Part shown: positions 51,684 through 61,491 of the stretch, in pieces
How the letters are laid out: each line of letters opens with the position of its first letter
Position numbering within the stretch: the stretch's first letter is position 1
Notes under the pieces: model-generated
Told to the model about the DNA's origin: nothing
The model's database searches: none
What the model saw: the letters and a program-made list of their open reading frames with translations, nothing else
NCBI GenBank assembly: GCA_018830005.1
Contig: JAHJTE010000004.1
Span: forward strand, 16,792 to 80,791
DNA from: Candidatus Omnitrophota bacterium
GTDB lineage: Bacteria > Omnitrophota > Gorgyraeia > JAHJTE01
Reading direction: 5' to 3'
DNA: 64,000 nt
Position numbers and translations under genes: made by a program

Positions 51684-52277
51684 TTACTGTCTATCTTCTT
51701 TTTTATCTTGTACTTCAACCTTTTTATCTTTTACTTGCTTTTGTTCCTTTGCAGAAATCAGGCAAAGTAATAGCTTTCTCGTAAGTTGCTCTAAAACTGC
51801 CCTAAACTTTATTAAGGGAAACTTCATTGCAATAACCCCTTTTGCAATTAGCCCAACCCTTCCAGGAAGTTTTGCAATATCCGCAAGCTCCGCACTTGAG
51901 ATATCTTTATCATCTAAGATACCGGCCAATAACTTAAATTCCGTATGCTCCTTGACAAATTCTGCCAGCGCCTTTGTAGTAGCAACGATATCATCGCCGA
52001 CAAATACCAGGCCTGCGCAAGTGCAAGACTCATCAAGCAATTTTTCCTTCTTTATCCCCTTAAGAAATCTCTTAAAAAGCGATAACTTGGTTATTAATAA
52101 TGTGGAGGCCTTATCATTTAAGCTCTTGCGCAATTGAATTAAATCCCGCGTGTTTACTTTATTGAGATTTACAGCAATTAAACTTGAATGCGATTCGTAA
52201 GCAGCATTTAATTTGTTTACAATCGCGTCTCGATAAATATAACCTACTCTAGTTGGTTTTTCAGCTACCTTTAACAT
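51684..52277 (-). CDS. rplJ: 50S ribosomal protein L10
   Basis: Between rplA and rplL; LRKSL, IAKLP; divergent sequence. Confidence 0.9.
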   Translation of the reverse strand: MLKVAEKPTRVGYIYRDAIVNKLNAAYESHSSLIAVNLNKVNTRDLIQLRKSLNDKASTLLITKLSLFKRFLKGIKKEKLLDESCTCAGLVFVGDDIVATTKALAEFVKEHTEFKLLAGILDDKDISSAELADIAKLPGRVGLIAKGVIAMKFPLIKFRAVLEQLTRKLLLCLISAKEQKQVKDKKVEVQDKKEDRQ

Positions 52278-52278
52278 A

Positions 52279-52959
52279 TTATACTTTTAGCCTAAATCCA
52301 GGCCCCATAGAGGTTGAAATGAATAAGGATTTAATAAATTGCCCTTTGAGTGTATTCGGTCTAGCCTGATTGAGGGCATCAAAAAATACCTTGAAATTAT
52401 TTTCTAAAGAGCTTTCAGGAAATGAGGCCTTGCCAATGGTTACATGCAAACCACCTTGTTTATTTACGCGAAATTCAATTTTTCCAGCCTTCAATTCTTT
52501 AATTATGCCCTTAATATCATTAGTCACTGTGCCTGTCTTTGGACTAGGCATTAAACCGCGCGGACCAAGAACCCTCCCAAGCCGACTTACATCCTTCATC
52601 ATTTCGGGTGTAGCGACTACGCAATCAAAATCCAGAAAACCCTTAGCCACCTTTTCTATAAGCTCGGCAGCACCGACCAAATCTGCACCTGCCTCTTTAG
52701 CAGCGGCCTCGGCTTCTCCTTTGCAGAACACTAACACGCGCCTTTTCTTTCCAGTGCCATGCGGAAGCACCACCGTACCCCTAACTAACTGATCAGTTTT
52801 CTTAGGATCAATACTTAAACTTATTGCCAAATCAAGGCTCTCATCAAACTTTACCTTTGGCAGCTTTTTTATCTTCAAGATGGCTTCTGAAATTGAATAG
52901 GTTTTGCCTTTTTCAATTTCCTTATGAGCCTCTTTTAACCTCTTGCTTATTTTTTTCAT
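52279..52959 (-). CDS. rplA: 50S ribosomal protein L1
   Basis: KFDES, LPHGTGK, LGPRGLMP, STSMGPG; ATG 52959 chosen. Confidence 0.98.
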   Translation of the reverse strand: MKKISKRLKEAHKEIEKGKTYSISEAILKIKKLPKVKFDESLDLAISLSIDPKKTDQLVRGTVVLPHGTGKKRRVLVFCKGEAEAAAKEAGADLVGAAELIEKVAKGFLDFDCVVATPEMMKDVSRLGRVLGPRGLMPSPKTGTVTNDIKGIIKELKAGKIEFRVNKQGGLHVTIGKASFPESSLENNFKVFFDALNQARPNTLKGQFIKSLFISTSMGPGFRLKV

Positions 52960-52960
52960 C

Positions 52961-53416
52961 TTAAGCCTTGCTATCAATAGCTATGCCCATGCTACGTGCC
53001 GTGCCTTCGATAATCTTCATTGCTGTGTCAATATCACTTGTATTTAAATCCTTTAGCTTCTGCTTGGCGATATCCCTAATTTCTTTTTTGGAGATTGTGG
53101 CGATCTTTTCCTTTCCCGCTGTTCCTGAAGCCTTTGCCAAATTACAGGCCCTTTTAAGTAAAATCGATGAAGGCGGGCTTTTGATAATAAAGTCAAATGT
53201 CCTATCCTCATAGAGACTGATCACTACCGGTAAAATCAAACCCTCTCTATCCTTGGTAATATCGTTAAAAGACTTGCAGAACTGCATTATATTTATACCA
53301 TGTTGACCTAAGGCCGGACCTACTGGAGGCGCAGGATTAGCTGCTCCTGCCGGAACATGTAACTTAACCTGGGCAATAATCTTTTTCTTAATCTTTCTCT
53401 TTTTAACTGCCATCAC
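52961..53416 (-). CDS. rplK: 50S ribosomal protein L11
   Basis: [15 protein letters not shown]; GTARSMG. Confidence 0.98.
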   Translation of the reverse strand: MMAVKKRKIKKKIIAQVKLHVPAGAANPAPPVGPALGQHGINIMQFCKSFNDITKDREGLILPVVISLYEDRTFDFIIKSPPSSILLKRACNLAKASGTAGKEKIATISKKEIRDIAKQKLKDLNTSDIDTAMKIIEGTARSMGIAIDSKA

Positions 53417-53447
53417 TTATTCCAATCCAATTAATACTATTCCTACG

Positions 53448-53975
53448 TTAAACTTTCTCTACCTGCCAATATTCAAGTTCAACAGGTGTTGCGCGACCAA
53501 AAATTGACACACTTGCCTTGAGTTTTCCTTTTTCAGGCTGTACCTCATCAATAGTGCCGTTAAAATTAATAAACGGGCCGTCAACAATCCTTACAGCTTC
53601 ACCTGCTTCAAAAATTACCTTAAGACTAGGCTTAACCTCAGAATCGCGAGAGCGCGACAGTATTGACTCAACCTCTTTTTCCTTAAGGGCTGAAGGCCTT
53701 CTGCCCATTCCGATGAAACTTGTAATGCCAGGAGTGTTTTTAATCAAAAACCAGGTATTGTCGTTTAATTCCATATGCACCAAGAGATAACCTGGAAAGA
53801 ACTTCCTTTGCGAAACACGTCTTTTACCAGCGCGGATTTCAGAGATTTGCTCAGTGGGGATAAGAACTTCGGAAATTAAATCAGTAAGTCCTGCAGTTTT
53901 TATCTTATTCACTAGGCTTTTCTTGGCCTTCTCTTCCGAACCTGTCTGCGTATGGATAATATACCACTTCTTCAT
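53448..53975 (-). CDS. nusG: transcription termination/antitermination factor NusG
   Basis: KWY, FPGYL, KOW motif GPF, IFGRATPVEL. Confidence 0.98.
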   Translation of the reverse strand: MKKWYIIHTQTGSEEKAKKSLVNKIKTAGLTDLISEVLIPTEQISEIRAGKRRVSQRKFFPGYLLVHMELNDNTWFLIKNTPGITSFIGMGRRPSALKEKEVESILSRSRDSEVKPSLKVIFEAGEAVRIVDGPFINFNGTIDEVQPEKGKLKASVSIFGRATPVELEYWQVEKV

Positions 53976-54007
53976 AATCTCACTTCAAAAACCGATATCT
54001 AGGGTCG

Positions 54008-54271
54008 TCATTTTAGGAAAATGCTCAAAATTTTTGATAACGCCAAATCAACTGAACCTACATAAGCTGTCAAAAATCCAGTCAATACAAGGATTATTAC
54101 TGTTGCAGCCATAACCTCTTTTCGCGTCGGCCAGGAAACCTTGACCAACTCGGTGCGCACCTGAAGAAGAAACTTTGCTACCTTTGCGAAGTTTTTTATA
54201 ACAAAAAAAAGTAAGACACCGCCAGCAATGCCAAAGAAAATTTTAGAAAAATTCGCAAATATAAAATCCAT
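54008..54271 (-). CDS. secE: preprotein translocase SecE
   Basis: ELVKVSWPTRKE followed by a TM segment; extra N-terminal hydrophobic segment. Confidence 0.95.
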   Translation of the reverse strand: MDFIFANFSKIFFGIAGGVLLFFVIKNFAKVAKFLLQVRTELVKVSWPTRKEVMAATVIILVLTGFLTAYVGSVDLALSKILSIFLK

Positions 54272-54290
54272 AATGAATGATTTTAATTAA

Positions 54291-54363
54291 CGGGGGCGGC
54301 AGGACTCGAACCTACAGTTCGGGTTTTGGAGACCCGCCGTTTAGCCAGTTAACGGACGCCCCC
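54291..54363 (-). tRNA. tRNA-Trp (CCA)
   Basis: GGGGGCG/CGCCCCC acceptor stem, CGGGT-CTCCAAA-ACCCG anticodon arm, GTTCGAGTC T-loop; 3'-CCA not encoded. Confidence 0.95.
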
Positions 54364-54390
54364 AGTTTCGTTGGGGCATAAAAATTGCAA

Positions 54391-54540
54391 TTACTTTATT
54401 TCCTTGTGTTGAGTATGTTTACGACAAAAATTACAATATTTTTTCAGCGCTAATTTTTCTGTATGAAGCCTTTTATTTTTTGTCGATGTATAGTTTTTCC
54501 GTCGACATTCACTACATTGTAATGTAATATTTTCACGCAT
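54391..54540 (-). CDS. rpmG: 50S ribosomal protein L33 (not in ORF track)
   Basis: Manual translation [49 protein letters not shown]. Confidence 0.97.
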   Translation of the reverse strand: MRENITLQCSECRRKNYTSTKNKRLHTEKLALKKYCNFCRKHTQHKEIK

Positions 54541-54563
54541 AAAATTTATATTGCCGCACTTAT

Positions 54564-54636
54564 AGCCCCCGACCGGAATTGAACCGGTGACCCCGTCCTT
54601 ACCAAGGACGTACTCTACCTACTGAGCTACAGGGGC
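54564..54636 (-). tRNA. tRNA-Thr (GGT)
   Basis: GCCCCTG/CGGGGGC acceptor stem, CGTCC-TTGGTAA-GGACG anticodon arm, GTTCAATTC T-loop; 3'-CCA not encoded. Confidence 0.96.
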
Positions 54637-54654
54637 AGATTACACAAAGTCCTT

Positions 54655-54683
54655 ATTGTACACAGACTTATAGATTCTGTCAA
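54655..54683 (-). promoter_or_regulatory. sigma70 promoter for tRNA-Thr and the ribosomal super-operon
   Basis: Minus strand TTGACA (54683-54678), 17-nt spacer, TACAAT (54660-54655), 18 nt before tRNA-Thr. Confidence 0.8.
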
Positions 54684-54710
54684 GGAGAAATTTATCTTTT
54701 TTTGGGAAAG

Positions 54711-55031
54711 CTAAATGGTGAGAATTTTGCGTTCAACTTCTAAGGAATGAGCATACCTAATTAAGTAGAAGCAATCTGTACCGCAGGCATAGAAAGCACC
54801 TTTAAGCAGGCAGTTGAATTTCTGCATATGCTTCCTGCTATCTCGCTGTTTATTGATAAAGACGTGTGTTTGGAAATTCTTCTTATAAGAATGCTTGATT
54901 TTCTTGACGAGATAGATATATTTTCTCCTGGTCGTGGTGATATAGTCCTTGCCCTGGTTTATAACGCAACTTGAAAATAGCTTGCGTCTCTTGTCTATTG
55001 ATGAAATGTTTTTAAGAAGAACTTCTTTCAT
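54711..55031 (-). CDS. hypothetical basic protein
   Basis: Co-oriented ORF filling the gap; GAGG RBS before ATG 55031 (ORF track starts at 55085); no recognisable motif. Confidence 0.55.
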   Translation of the reverse strand: MKEVLLKNISSIDKRRKLFSSCVINQGKDYITTTRRKYIYLVKKIKHSYKKNFQTHVFINKQRDSRKHMQKFNCLLKGAFYACGTDCFYLIRYAHSLEVERKILTI

Positions 55032-55129
55032 TGTTCTTGCCTCTAGGTATTTAGGAAACTTTTTTAAAGTCTTTATTAAGTACATAAAAAAATATCTTAT
55101 TCTAAGTATAACACATAAAGAGGGTTACG

Positions 55130-55762
55130 TCAACGTCTCAACCAAGGCAATTTTGCCCTACCCTCCTTTTTACCTAACAGCCTATAAATATTAGACTTAT
55201 GGCTAATTATTGCAAAAAAGGCAACAATGAGAGAAAAAGTAAATATTTCTCTTGAATCTACTAGGAAAAATGTTGCTACTGGAAGTACTATGGCGCTAGA
55301 AATAGATGCCAAAGAGACAAAACCAGTTGATAGAAAAATAACAGTCCAAACACAGACGCTAATAAGTAAAACAAGCCTTAAATCACTGATCGAAAGCATA
55401 AGCCCCAAAAGCACTCCTAAGGTTGTAGCAATCCCCTTTCCTCCTTTAAAGCTCAAAAATACCGGCCAGATATGGCCGATGATCACAATCATCCCAAGAA
55501 TTATCCTCCAGACATCCCTGCTTATGACTAAAGGGTAGACGCCAGAAGCTAAAACAGCTGAAGCAAAGAACCCCTTAAACACATCAAAAAACAATACAGT
55601 AATACCTATTGATTTGCCAAGAACCCTAAATGCATTTGTTGCCCCAATATTGCCAGAGCCAAGCTTGCGAATATCAACGCCTTTTAGAACCACACCCAAC
55701 AAATAAGCAGTAGGTATAGAACCTAATAAATAACTACTTATGATTAGTAATATTATCATCAT
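55130..55762 (-). CDS. plsY: glycerol-3-phosphate acyltransferase
   Basis: YLLGSIP, GSGNIGATN, FKGGKGIAT, HKSNI. Confidence 0.96.
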   Translation of the reverse strand: MMIILLIISSYLLGSIPTAYLLGVVLKGVDIRKLGSGNIGATNAFRVLGKSIGITVLFFDVFKGFFASAVLASGVYPLVISRDVWRIILGMIVIIGHIWPVFLSFKGGKGIATTLGVLLGLMLSISDLRLVLLISVCVWTVIFLSTGFVSLASISSAIVLPVATFFLVDSREIFTFSLIVAFFAIISHKSNIYRLLGKKEGRAKLPWLRR

Positions 55763-56303
55763 TTAAAGTAAATAGATTGAATCCTCTACGGATATAATCA
55801 ATGCCGGAAATAACAGTAAATAGAATAGCCAAATTCCATAAGAAATGTGAATATTTAAACTCAAGCAGTATGACTACAATTGTGGACATCTGAAAAAAAG
55901 TAGTTAATTTACCCCAGGAGGTCGGGATGATTTTTATATCTTGGCGTACAAGAAAAATCAAAAATGTTCCCAGGAGTATAATTGCATCGCGGCTGATCAC
56001 AACTAACACAACTGAAAGCGGCAATTTAACCAAAAAAAACTCCCTTCTGGCAAATAAAAATATATAAGCACTCATTAGCAGCAATTTATCCGCCAGAGGA
56101 TCAAGAATAGGCCCTAATTTTGTCTTTTCTTTATATATACGAGCCACGAGACCATCAAGGACATCAGAGACAATTGCTAGGAAAAAAATAACAAGCGCAA
56201 TTACCCTTAAATAGTCTTTTTGCGGAGTGTAATAAAGAATAGTAGCGACTAAAAATGGTATAGTAAGAATTCTAAATGCAGATATCTTATTTGCATATCT
56301 CAT
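55734..56303 (-). CDS. pgsA: CDP-alcohol phosphatidyltransferase (PgsA-like)
   Basis: SDVLDGLVAR...LGPILDPLADK. Confidence 0.88.
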   Translation of the reverse strand: MRYANKISAFRILTIPFLVATILYYTPQKDYLRVIALVIFFLAIVSDVLDGLVARIYKEKTKLGPILDPLADKLLLMSAYIFLFARREFFLVKLPLSVVLVVISRDAIILLGTFLIFLVRQDIKIIPTSWGKLTTFFQMSTIVVILLEFKYSHFLWNLAILFTVISGIDYIRRGFNLFTLNDDNITNHK

Positions 56304-56992
56304 TATCTGATTATCCTCATACGATTAAGTGGCCAATAAATCAAAAATGCCTTTCCAGTTAAGAATCTTTCATTAACAAACCCCCAATAACGGCTATCGC
56401 GCGAAGAGCTACTATTGTCACCTAGACAATAATAAGAATTATCAGGGATATCAACTATTCGATCCGCCCCTCCATAGGGCCCTTCATTGAAATATGTGTT
56501 GGCCCTTATCCTGCTATTCTCAACAAGTTCATCATTGATATAAATATCGCCGTTTTTAATCTGGACAGCCTCGCCCGGCAAACCAATCAGCCGCTTGATA
56601 TAACTTTTACTTCGCGTATCCTTAAAAAATGATAGCATCCGTCTATAGAGAAGTCCTGAAGTTTCATCATTTAGGTATTGCTTAAATGATTCAAAATTAC
56701 GCTTACCTGCACTGGGCGGATAGATAAAAACGATTACTTCCCCCCTTTTTAACTCTTTTAACCTCGGAAGTCTTGCTCCTAAAAAAGGTATCTTGGGACC
56801 ATAAAATAGCTTGTTAACCAAAATCCTGTCACCTGGCCTTAACGTTGGTATCATTGAACCACTGGGAATCTTAAATGCCTGTAAAAGAAAGGTACGAATA
56901 ATCAATGCCAAGATAAACGCAATAATAATTGCCTCTATCCACTCTCTTCTTGCAGATTTAACCGAATTTTTCCTCGTCTTTTTTTTCGCCAT
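56303..56992 (-). CDS. lepB: signal peptidase I
   Basis: IPSGSMIPTL, YIKRLIGLPG, GDNSSSSRDSRYWG. Confidence 0.96.
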   Translation of the reverse strand: MAKKKTRKNSVKSARREWIEAIIIAFILALIIRTFLLQAFKIPSGSMIPTLRPGDRILVNKLFYGPKIPFLGARLPRLKELKRGEVIVFIYPPSAGKRNFESFKQYLNDETSGLLYRRMLSFFKDTRSKSYIKRLIGLPGEAVQIKNGDIYINDELVENSRIRANTYFNEGPYGGADRIVDIPDNSYYCLGDNSSSSRDSRYWGFVNERFLTGKAFLIYWPLNRMRIIR

Positions 56993-57043
56993 TGCTCAAC
57001 CTCGTAGTTAGATTATTAGTAATTTATACTCTCTAAGATCTGC

Positions 57044-58840
57044 TTAACGTATCTTTATTGCTGCCAAAAATGCCTCTTGCGGTATTTGAATTTTTCCGAA
57101 TTGTTTAAGGCGTTTCTTTCCCTGCTTTTGCTTTTCCCAAAGTTTGCGTTTACGGGTAATATCACCACCGTAACATTTACTAGTTACATTTTTTCCCAAA
57201 GGGCTCAGTCTTTCTGAGGCAACAATATGGGAACCAATAGCAGCCTGCACCCTGATCTCAAAAAGTTGTCTGGGAATAAACTCCTTAAGCTTCATTACCA
57301 GTTTCTTTCCGAGCTGACTAGCCTTATCCTTATGCACGATCTGTGAAAAACTATCAAAGGCCTGGCCGTTAATCATGACATCTAACTTTTCTAATCTTCC
57401 AGGGCGATATCCGATAAAATCATAATCAATAGAACCATATCCTTTAGTAACTGATTTAACCTGGTCGTAAAAATCAACTATCACTTCAGCTAACGGCATT
57501 TCAAAAATCAATTCCAATCTCTCTTCGCCTAAATATTCGCTCGACTTGTAAATCCCTCTTCTGGTCTTAGCGAGTTCATATATTTTATCCATAAATTTCT
57601 TGGGAGATACTATGAGCATTCTGATAAATGGCTCTTCAACTCTCTCTCTCATTTGTGGCTCTGGTAATTTAGATATATTATCAACAATTACCAACTCTTT
57701 ATTTTTAGTAAAACAGCGAAAAACAACATTAGGGGCAGTTAAGATCAAATCCAGGTTATATTCTCTTTCTAGCCTCTCTTGAACTATCTCCATATGAAGA
57801 AGACCGAGAAAGCCGCAACGAAAACCAAAGCCGCAGCTAGATGAATTCTCTGGCTCATAAACAAATGAGGCATCATTAAGATGGAGCTTTTCTAAGGCCT
57901 GACGCAAGAGACCAAAGTCTTTGGCATTAACCGGATATATACCGCAGAAAACAAGTGGTTTTATCTTTCTGTATCCGGCCAAGGGCTCTTTTGCTTTTTT
58001 TTCAAGGCAAGTTATTGTATCGCCTACAGTAATATCCTTTGCCTGACGTATATTTGCAGTCAAAGAACCAACTTCGCCCACAGAAAGCGAATCAACTTCT
58101 AATGAGTCAGGTGTAGAAATCTCAAGGCTTTCTACTTCATATTCTTTTTGTTCATGCATTAATATAATTTTGTCTTTAGGCTTTAGTGAGCCGTTTACAA
58201 TCTTAACATATACAACAACGCCTTTAAAAGTATCATAAAAAGAGTCAAAAATCAATGCCTGAGTCGGCTCATCTGCATTACCCTGAGGTGCCGGAACGTC
58301 CTTAACAATTCTATCTAGAATTTCTTTAACACCAGTGCCTTCTTTTGCTGAAGCTAAAATTATCTCCTCTTCCTTAAAGCCTAGAATATCTACCATTTGA
58401 GAAAGAACTAGGTCTAAATCTATATTTACAATGTCTATCTTATTTATGACCGGGATAATCTTAACGTTTCGCTCTCTGGCTATGTGAAAATTAGCCAATG
58501 TCTGTGCCTCAACGCCTTGAGTTGCATCAACAACTAAAACAGCTCCCTCACAGGCATGAATAGATTTAGAAACCTCGTACGTAAAATCAACGTGGCCAGG
58601 GGTATCTATAAGGTTGAGGATATAATCAGCACCATCATTACCTTTATAATTAAGGCGCACTGCTGATGATTTAATTGTAATGCCGCGCTCTCGCTCCAAT
58701 TCCATATCATCCAATACCTGATCAGTACTATGCCCTATATCAATCGCATTAGTTATTTCTAGTATTCTATCTGCCAGGGTTGATTTTCCGTGGTCAATAT
58801 GAGCAATAATGGAAAAATTTCTGATTAGTTTTTTATCCAT
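57044..58840 (-). CDS. lepA: elongation factor 4
   Basis: IRNFSIIAHIDHGKSTLADR; GFLGLLH; KCYGGDITRKRKL. Confidence 0.98.
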   Translation of the reverse strand: MDKKLIRNFSIIAHIDHGKSTLADRILEITNAIDIGHSTDQVLDDMELERERGITIKSSAVRLNYKGNDGADYILNLIDTPGHVDFTYEVSKSIHACEGAVLVVDATQGVEAQTLANFHIARERNVKIIPVINKIDIVNIDLDLVLSQMVDILGFKEEEIILASAKEGTGVKEILDRIVKDVPAPQGNADEPTQALIFDSFYDTFKGVVVYVKIVNGSLKPKDKIILMHEQKEYEVESLEISTPDSLEVDSLSVGEVGSLTANIRQAKDITVGDTITCLEKKAKEPLAGYRKIKPLVFCGIYPVNAKDFGLLRQALEKLHLNDASFVYEPENSSSCGFGFRCGFLGLLHMEIVQERLEREYNLDLILTAPNVVFRCFTKNKELVIVDNISKLPEPQMRERVEEPFIRMLIVSPKKFMDKIYELAKTRRGIYKSSEYLGEERLELIFEMPLAEVIVDFYDQVKSVTKGYGSIDYDFIGYRPGRLEKLDVMINGQAFDSFSQIVHKDKASQLGKKLVMKLKEFIPRQLFEIRVQAAIGSHIVASERLSPLGKNVTSKCYGGDITRKRKLWEKQKQGKKRLKQFGKIQIPQEAFLAAIKIR

Positions 58841-58870
58841 AATCTAATGGCGTCGTATAAGAATAAAACT

Positions 58871-59632
58871 TCAAGAATATTTTTTTGTTTTTTTGTTTTT
58901 CTTTTTTTTGCTACAAGACTGTTTCTTTAAAACCTTTTCCTGCAACCTGGCCACCACTTGGCTAATGCTAAGCCTTGTAGTATCAACATAAATAGCATCA
59001 TGCGCTCTTTTTAAAGGACCGCAACTTCGAGTTAAATCGTTTCTATCTCTACATTGAATGGATTTTTTAACATCTTGACACGAAACTGAGGGGTCTCTCA
59101 TCTTCAGTTCTTTAAACCTGCGTTTGCCTCGCACGCCTAAAGAGGCATCAAGGTAAAACTTTACAAACGCATCGGGAAAAATTACTGTGCCGATATCTCT
59201 ACCTTCCACTACACAATTTTGCTTCTGGCCCATAGCACGCTGTGATTTACCCATAATCTGCCTGATTGCTCCTATGGAGGCAATAAAAGAAACTAAGGAA
59301 CTAACCAAAGGGCTTCTTATCTGTCTATTAATAAGCTTGCCATCTAGATATACATCTAAACTAAAACGAGCGCCTTTCACAAGCTGGATACGAGCCTTAC
59401 GGGCAACACGTATAAGTGCCTTCTTTTCCAGAAAATTGACCTTTTGCCGTAAGCCTGCCAGGGTTAGAGCCCGATACATTGCCCCTGTATCCAAATAAAG
59501 ATAGCCTAACCTTTTCGCTAAAAGTTTAGCTACTGTGCTTTTTCCAGCACCAGCAGGACCATCAATGGTGATAATTTTAACCTTGAGATTGGGTTTTCTG
59601 GGGCGGGTTTTGTTCAATTTAGAGATTGTCAC
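58871..59632 (-). CDS. cmk: cytidylate kinase
   Basis: ITIDGPAGAGKST, DTGAMYR, EGRDIGTV; exact start uncertain. Confidence 0.96.
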   Translation of the reverse strand: MTISKLNKTRPRKPNLKVKIITIDGPAGAGKSTVAKLLAKRLGYLYLDTGAMYRALTLAGLRQKVNFLEKKALIRVARKARIQLVKGARFSLDVYLDGKLINRQIRSPLVSSLVSFIASIGAIRQIMGKSQRAMGQKQNCVVEGRDIGTVIFPDAFVKFYLDASLGVRGKRRFKELKMRDPSVSCQDVKKSIQCRDRNDLTRSCGPLKRAHDAIYVDTTRLSISQVVARLQEKVLKKQSCSKKKKNKKTKKYS

Positions 59633-60473
59633 GTCTTTTTTTTGCTTTTTTAAAATATGCTTGAAGAAGACGAGACCTTCCTGTTTTTAGCAACCTTGCA
59701 AGAAGAGAAAGTGATTCTTTAAACCTTTTAATGGCGCCTAATATTTCGCTTTTATTGCTTAAGCATATATCCCGCCAGATCTTTTCGCTAGAAGATGCGA
59801 GTCGCGTACAATCTCTGAGGCCATTCCCAGAAAAAGATAAATCCCGATAAGACAGGCAATTCATTAAAGCAAAGGAAATCATGTGGGGTAGATGGCTCGT
59901 CATTGATACTATTCGGTCATGGTTACGACTATCTGTAATAATAATCTTGGCGCCGAGAGACTGCCAGATCTTTTTCACCTTTCCTAAAGCTGCCTTATTC
60001 GTCTTTCTAGTTGGAGTAAGAAAACAAATCGAATCTTTAAACATATCTGCCTTTGCAAACGATAGGCCGCTTTTATCCGAGCCAGCCAATGGATGCGCAC
60101 CAACAAAAAAGATGCTTTTTTTTGAAAGGAGCCTGCTACTTAAATCCACAATCTCCTTCTTAGTGCTGCCTACATCCATCAAGATTGCACCTGGCTTGGC
60201 AAAATTTATAATCCTGGCTAAGCTTTCCTTTATAACCCCGACTGGAGTCGCCAGTACAATAAGATCTGCTTCATACACAGCCTGCTTAAAACTAAACGCA
60301 GCAGCATCTACTATCTTTAATTTCCTGGCATTTCTTGCTGATCTTTGTTTGCGAAAAAACCCAATGACCTCAGAAGTCAATTTTCTCTTTTTCAAAGCAA
60401 GGGCAATGGAGCCGCCGATAAGACCAACGCCAATGATTGCCACCTTTTTAAACTTAATCTTCTTCTTTGACAT
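59619..60473 (-). CDS. tyrA: prephenate dehydrogenase
   Basis: GVGLIGGS, DVGSTK, HPLAGS, SHLPH, RDCTRLA. Confidence 0.94.
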   Translation of the reverse strand: MSKKKIKFKKVAIIGVGLIGGSIALALKKRKLTSEVIGFFRKQRSARNARKLKIVDAAAFSFKQAVYEADLIVLATPVGVIKESLARIINFAKPGAILMDVGSTKKEIVDLSSRLLSKKSIFFVGAHPLAGSDKSGLSFAKADMFKDSICFLTPTRKTNKAALGKVKKIWQSLGAKIIITDSRNHDRIVSMTSHLPHMISFALMNCLSYRDLSFSGNGLRDCTRLASSSEKIWRDICLSNKSEILGAIKRFKESLSLLARLLKTGRSRLLQAYFKKAKKRRDNL

Positions 60474-60474
60474 T

Positions 60475-61491
60475 TTAAATTTGCCTACCAATTGCCTTTG
60501 CTACAGCCCTCATTCTAGGCATTAGTTCGTTAAATCTTCCCGGTAATAAAGATTGTGCACCATCAGAAAGGGCCTCTTCAGGATTAGTGTGCACTTCAAT
60601 CAAAACACCATCAGCACCTGCAGCGATTCCAGCTAAGGCAAGTGCAGGCACAATGCCCCATTTACCGCTTGCATGCGAAGGATCAACGACAATGGGCAAA
60701 TGCGATAGGTCTTTAATTACAGCAATACAGGAAACGTCCAAGGTGTTGCGCGTATAGTCCTCAAAGGTCCTAATTCCCCGCTCGCAAAGTATGACGTTAA
60801 AATTTCCACCCGCAAGAATATATTCAGCTGACATCAGGAATTCCTTAATCGTAGACATCATACCTCTTTTTAAAATTACGGGTTTGCGAGTTGCACCCAC
60901 CTCTTTCAAAAGGTTAAAATTTTGCATATTTCTTGCGCCGATCTGCAATACATCTGCATAATTAGCCACAAGAGAAACATCACGAGGATCCATGACCTCG
61001 GTAACAGTTACTAAATCAAACTCTTCCCCTACCTCTTTTAGTAATTTCAAGCCATCTTCACCTAGACCCTGAAAGCTATAAGGTGAAGTGCGTGGCTTAA
61101 AAGCACCGCCGCGCAAAGCCTTTGCGCCGGAAGCCTTAATTTCCTTAGCAATTGCCTTTAACACATCTCTGCTTTCAATAGCACAAGGTCCAGCTATAGG
61201 TATAATTTGCTTTGTTCCGATCTTAACGCCTTTTCCTAAGTCAATTACTGAAGATTCGGGTTTAAATTCTCGCGACACCAATTTATAAGGAGCAAGAATA
61301 GTAAGGACCTTCTCTACCCCTGGAAACACCTCTAAGGGCGTAACCCTTAATACATCTTCAGGCCCGATTACACCAATAATCGTACGCTGTGTTCCCTTAG
61401 AGACCATTGGCGTCAAACCCAGCTTTTTAATACGCTGCTGGATATGTTCAATCTGTTCATTTGTAGCGTCTGGCTTTAGGACAATTATCAT
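60475..61491 (-). CDS. aroF: DAHP synthase, type I-beta with N-terminal regulatory domain
   Basis: IAGPCAIE, GGAFKPRTSPYSFQG, CERGIR, DPSH. Confidence 0.96.
   Translation of the reverse strand: MIIVLKPDATNEQIEHIQQRIKKLGLTPMVSKGTQRTIIGVIGPEDVLRVTPLEVFPGVEKVLTILAPYKLVSREFKPESSVIDLGKGVKIGTKQIIPIAGPCAIESRDVLKAIAKEIKASGAKALRGGAFKPRTSPYSFQGLGEDGLKLLKEVGEEFDLVTVTEVMDPRDVSLVANYADVLQIGARNMQNFNLLKEVGATRKPVILKRGMMSTIKEFLMSAEYILAGGNFNVILCERGIRTFEDYTRNTLDVSCIAVIKDLSHLPIVVDPSHASGKWGIVPALALAGIAAGADGVLIEVHTNPEEALSDGAQSLLPGRFNELMPRMRAVAKAIGRQI

Noticed and set aside
54358-54377. Leader hairpin (GCCCCAA...CTGGGGGC) competing with the tRNA-Trp acceptor stem
   Set aside because: Only ~5 contiguous bp, weaker than the 7-bp acceptor stem; could be chance
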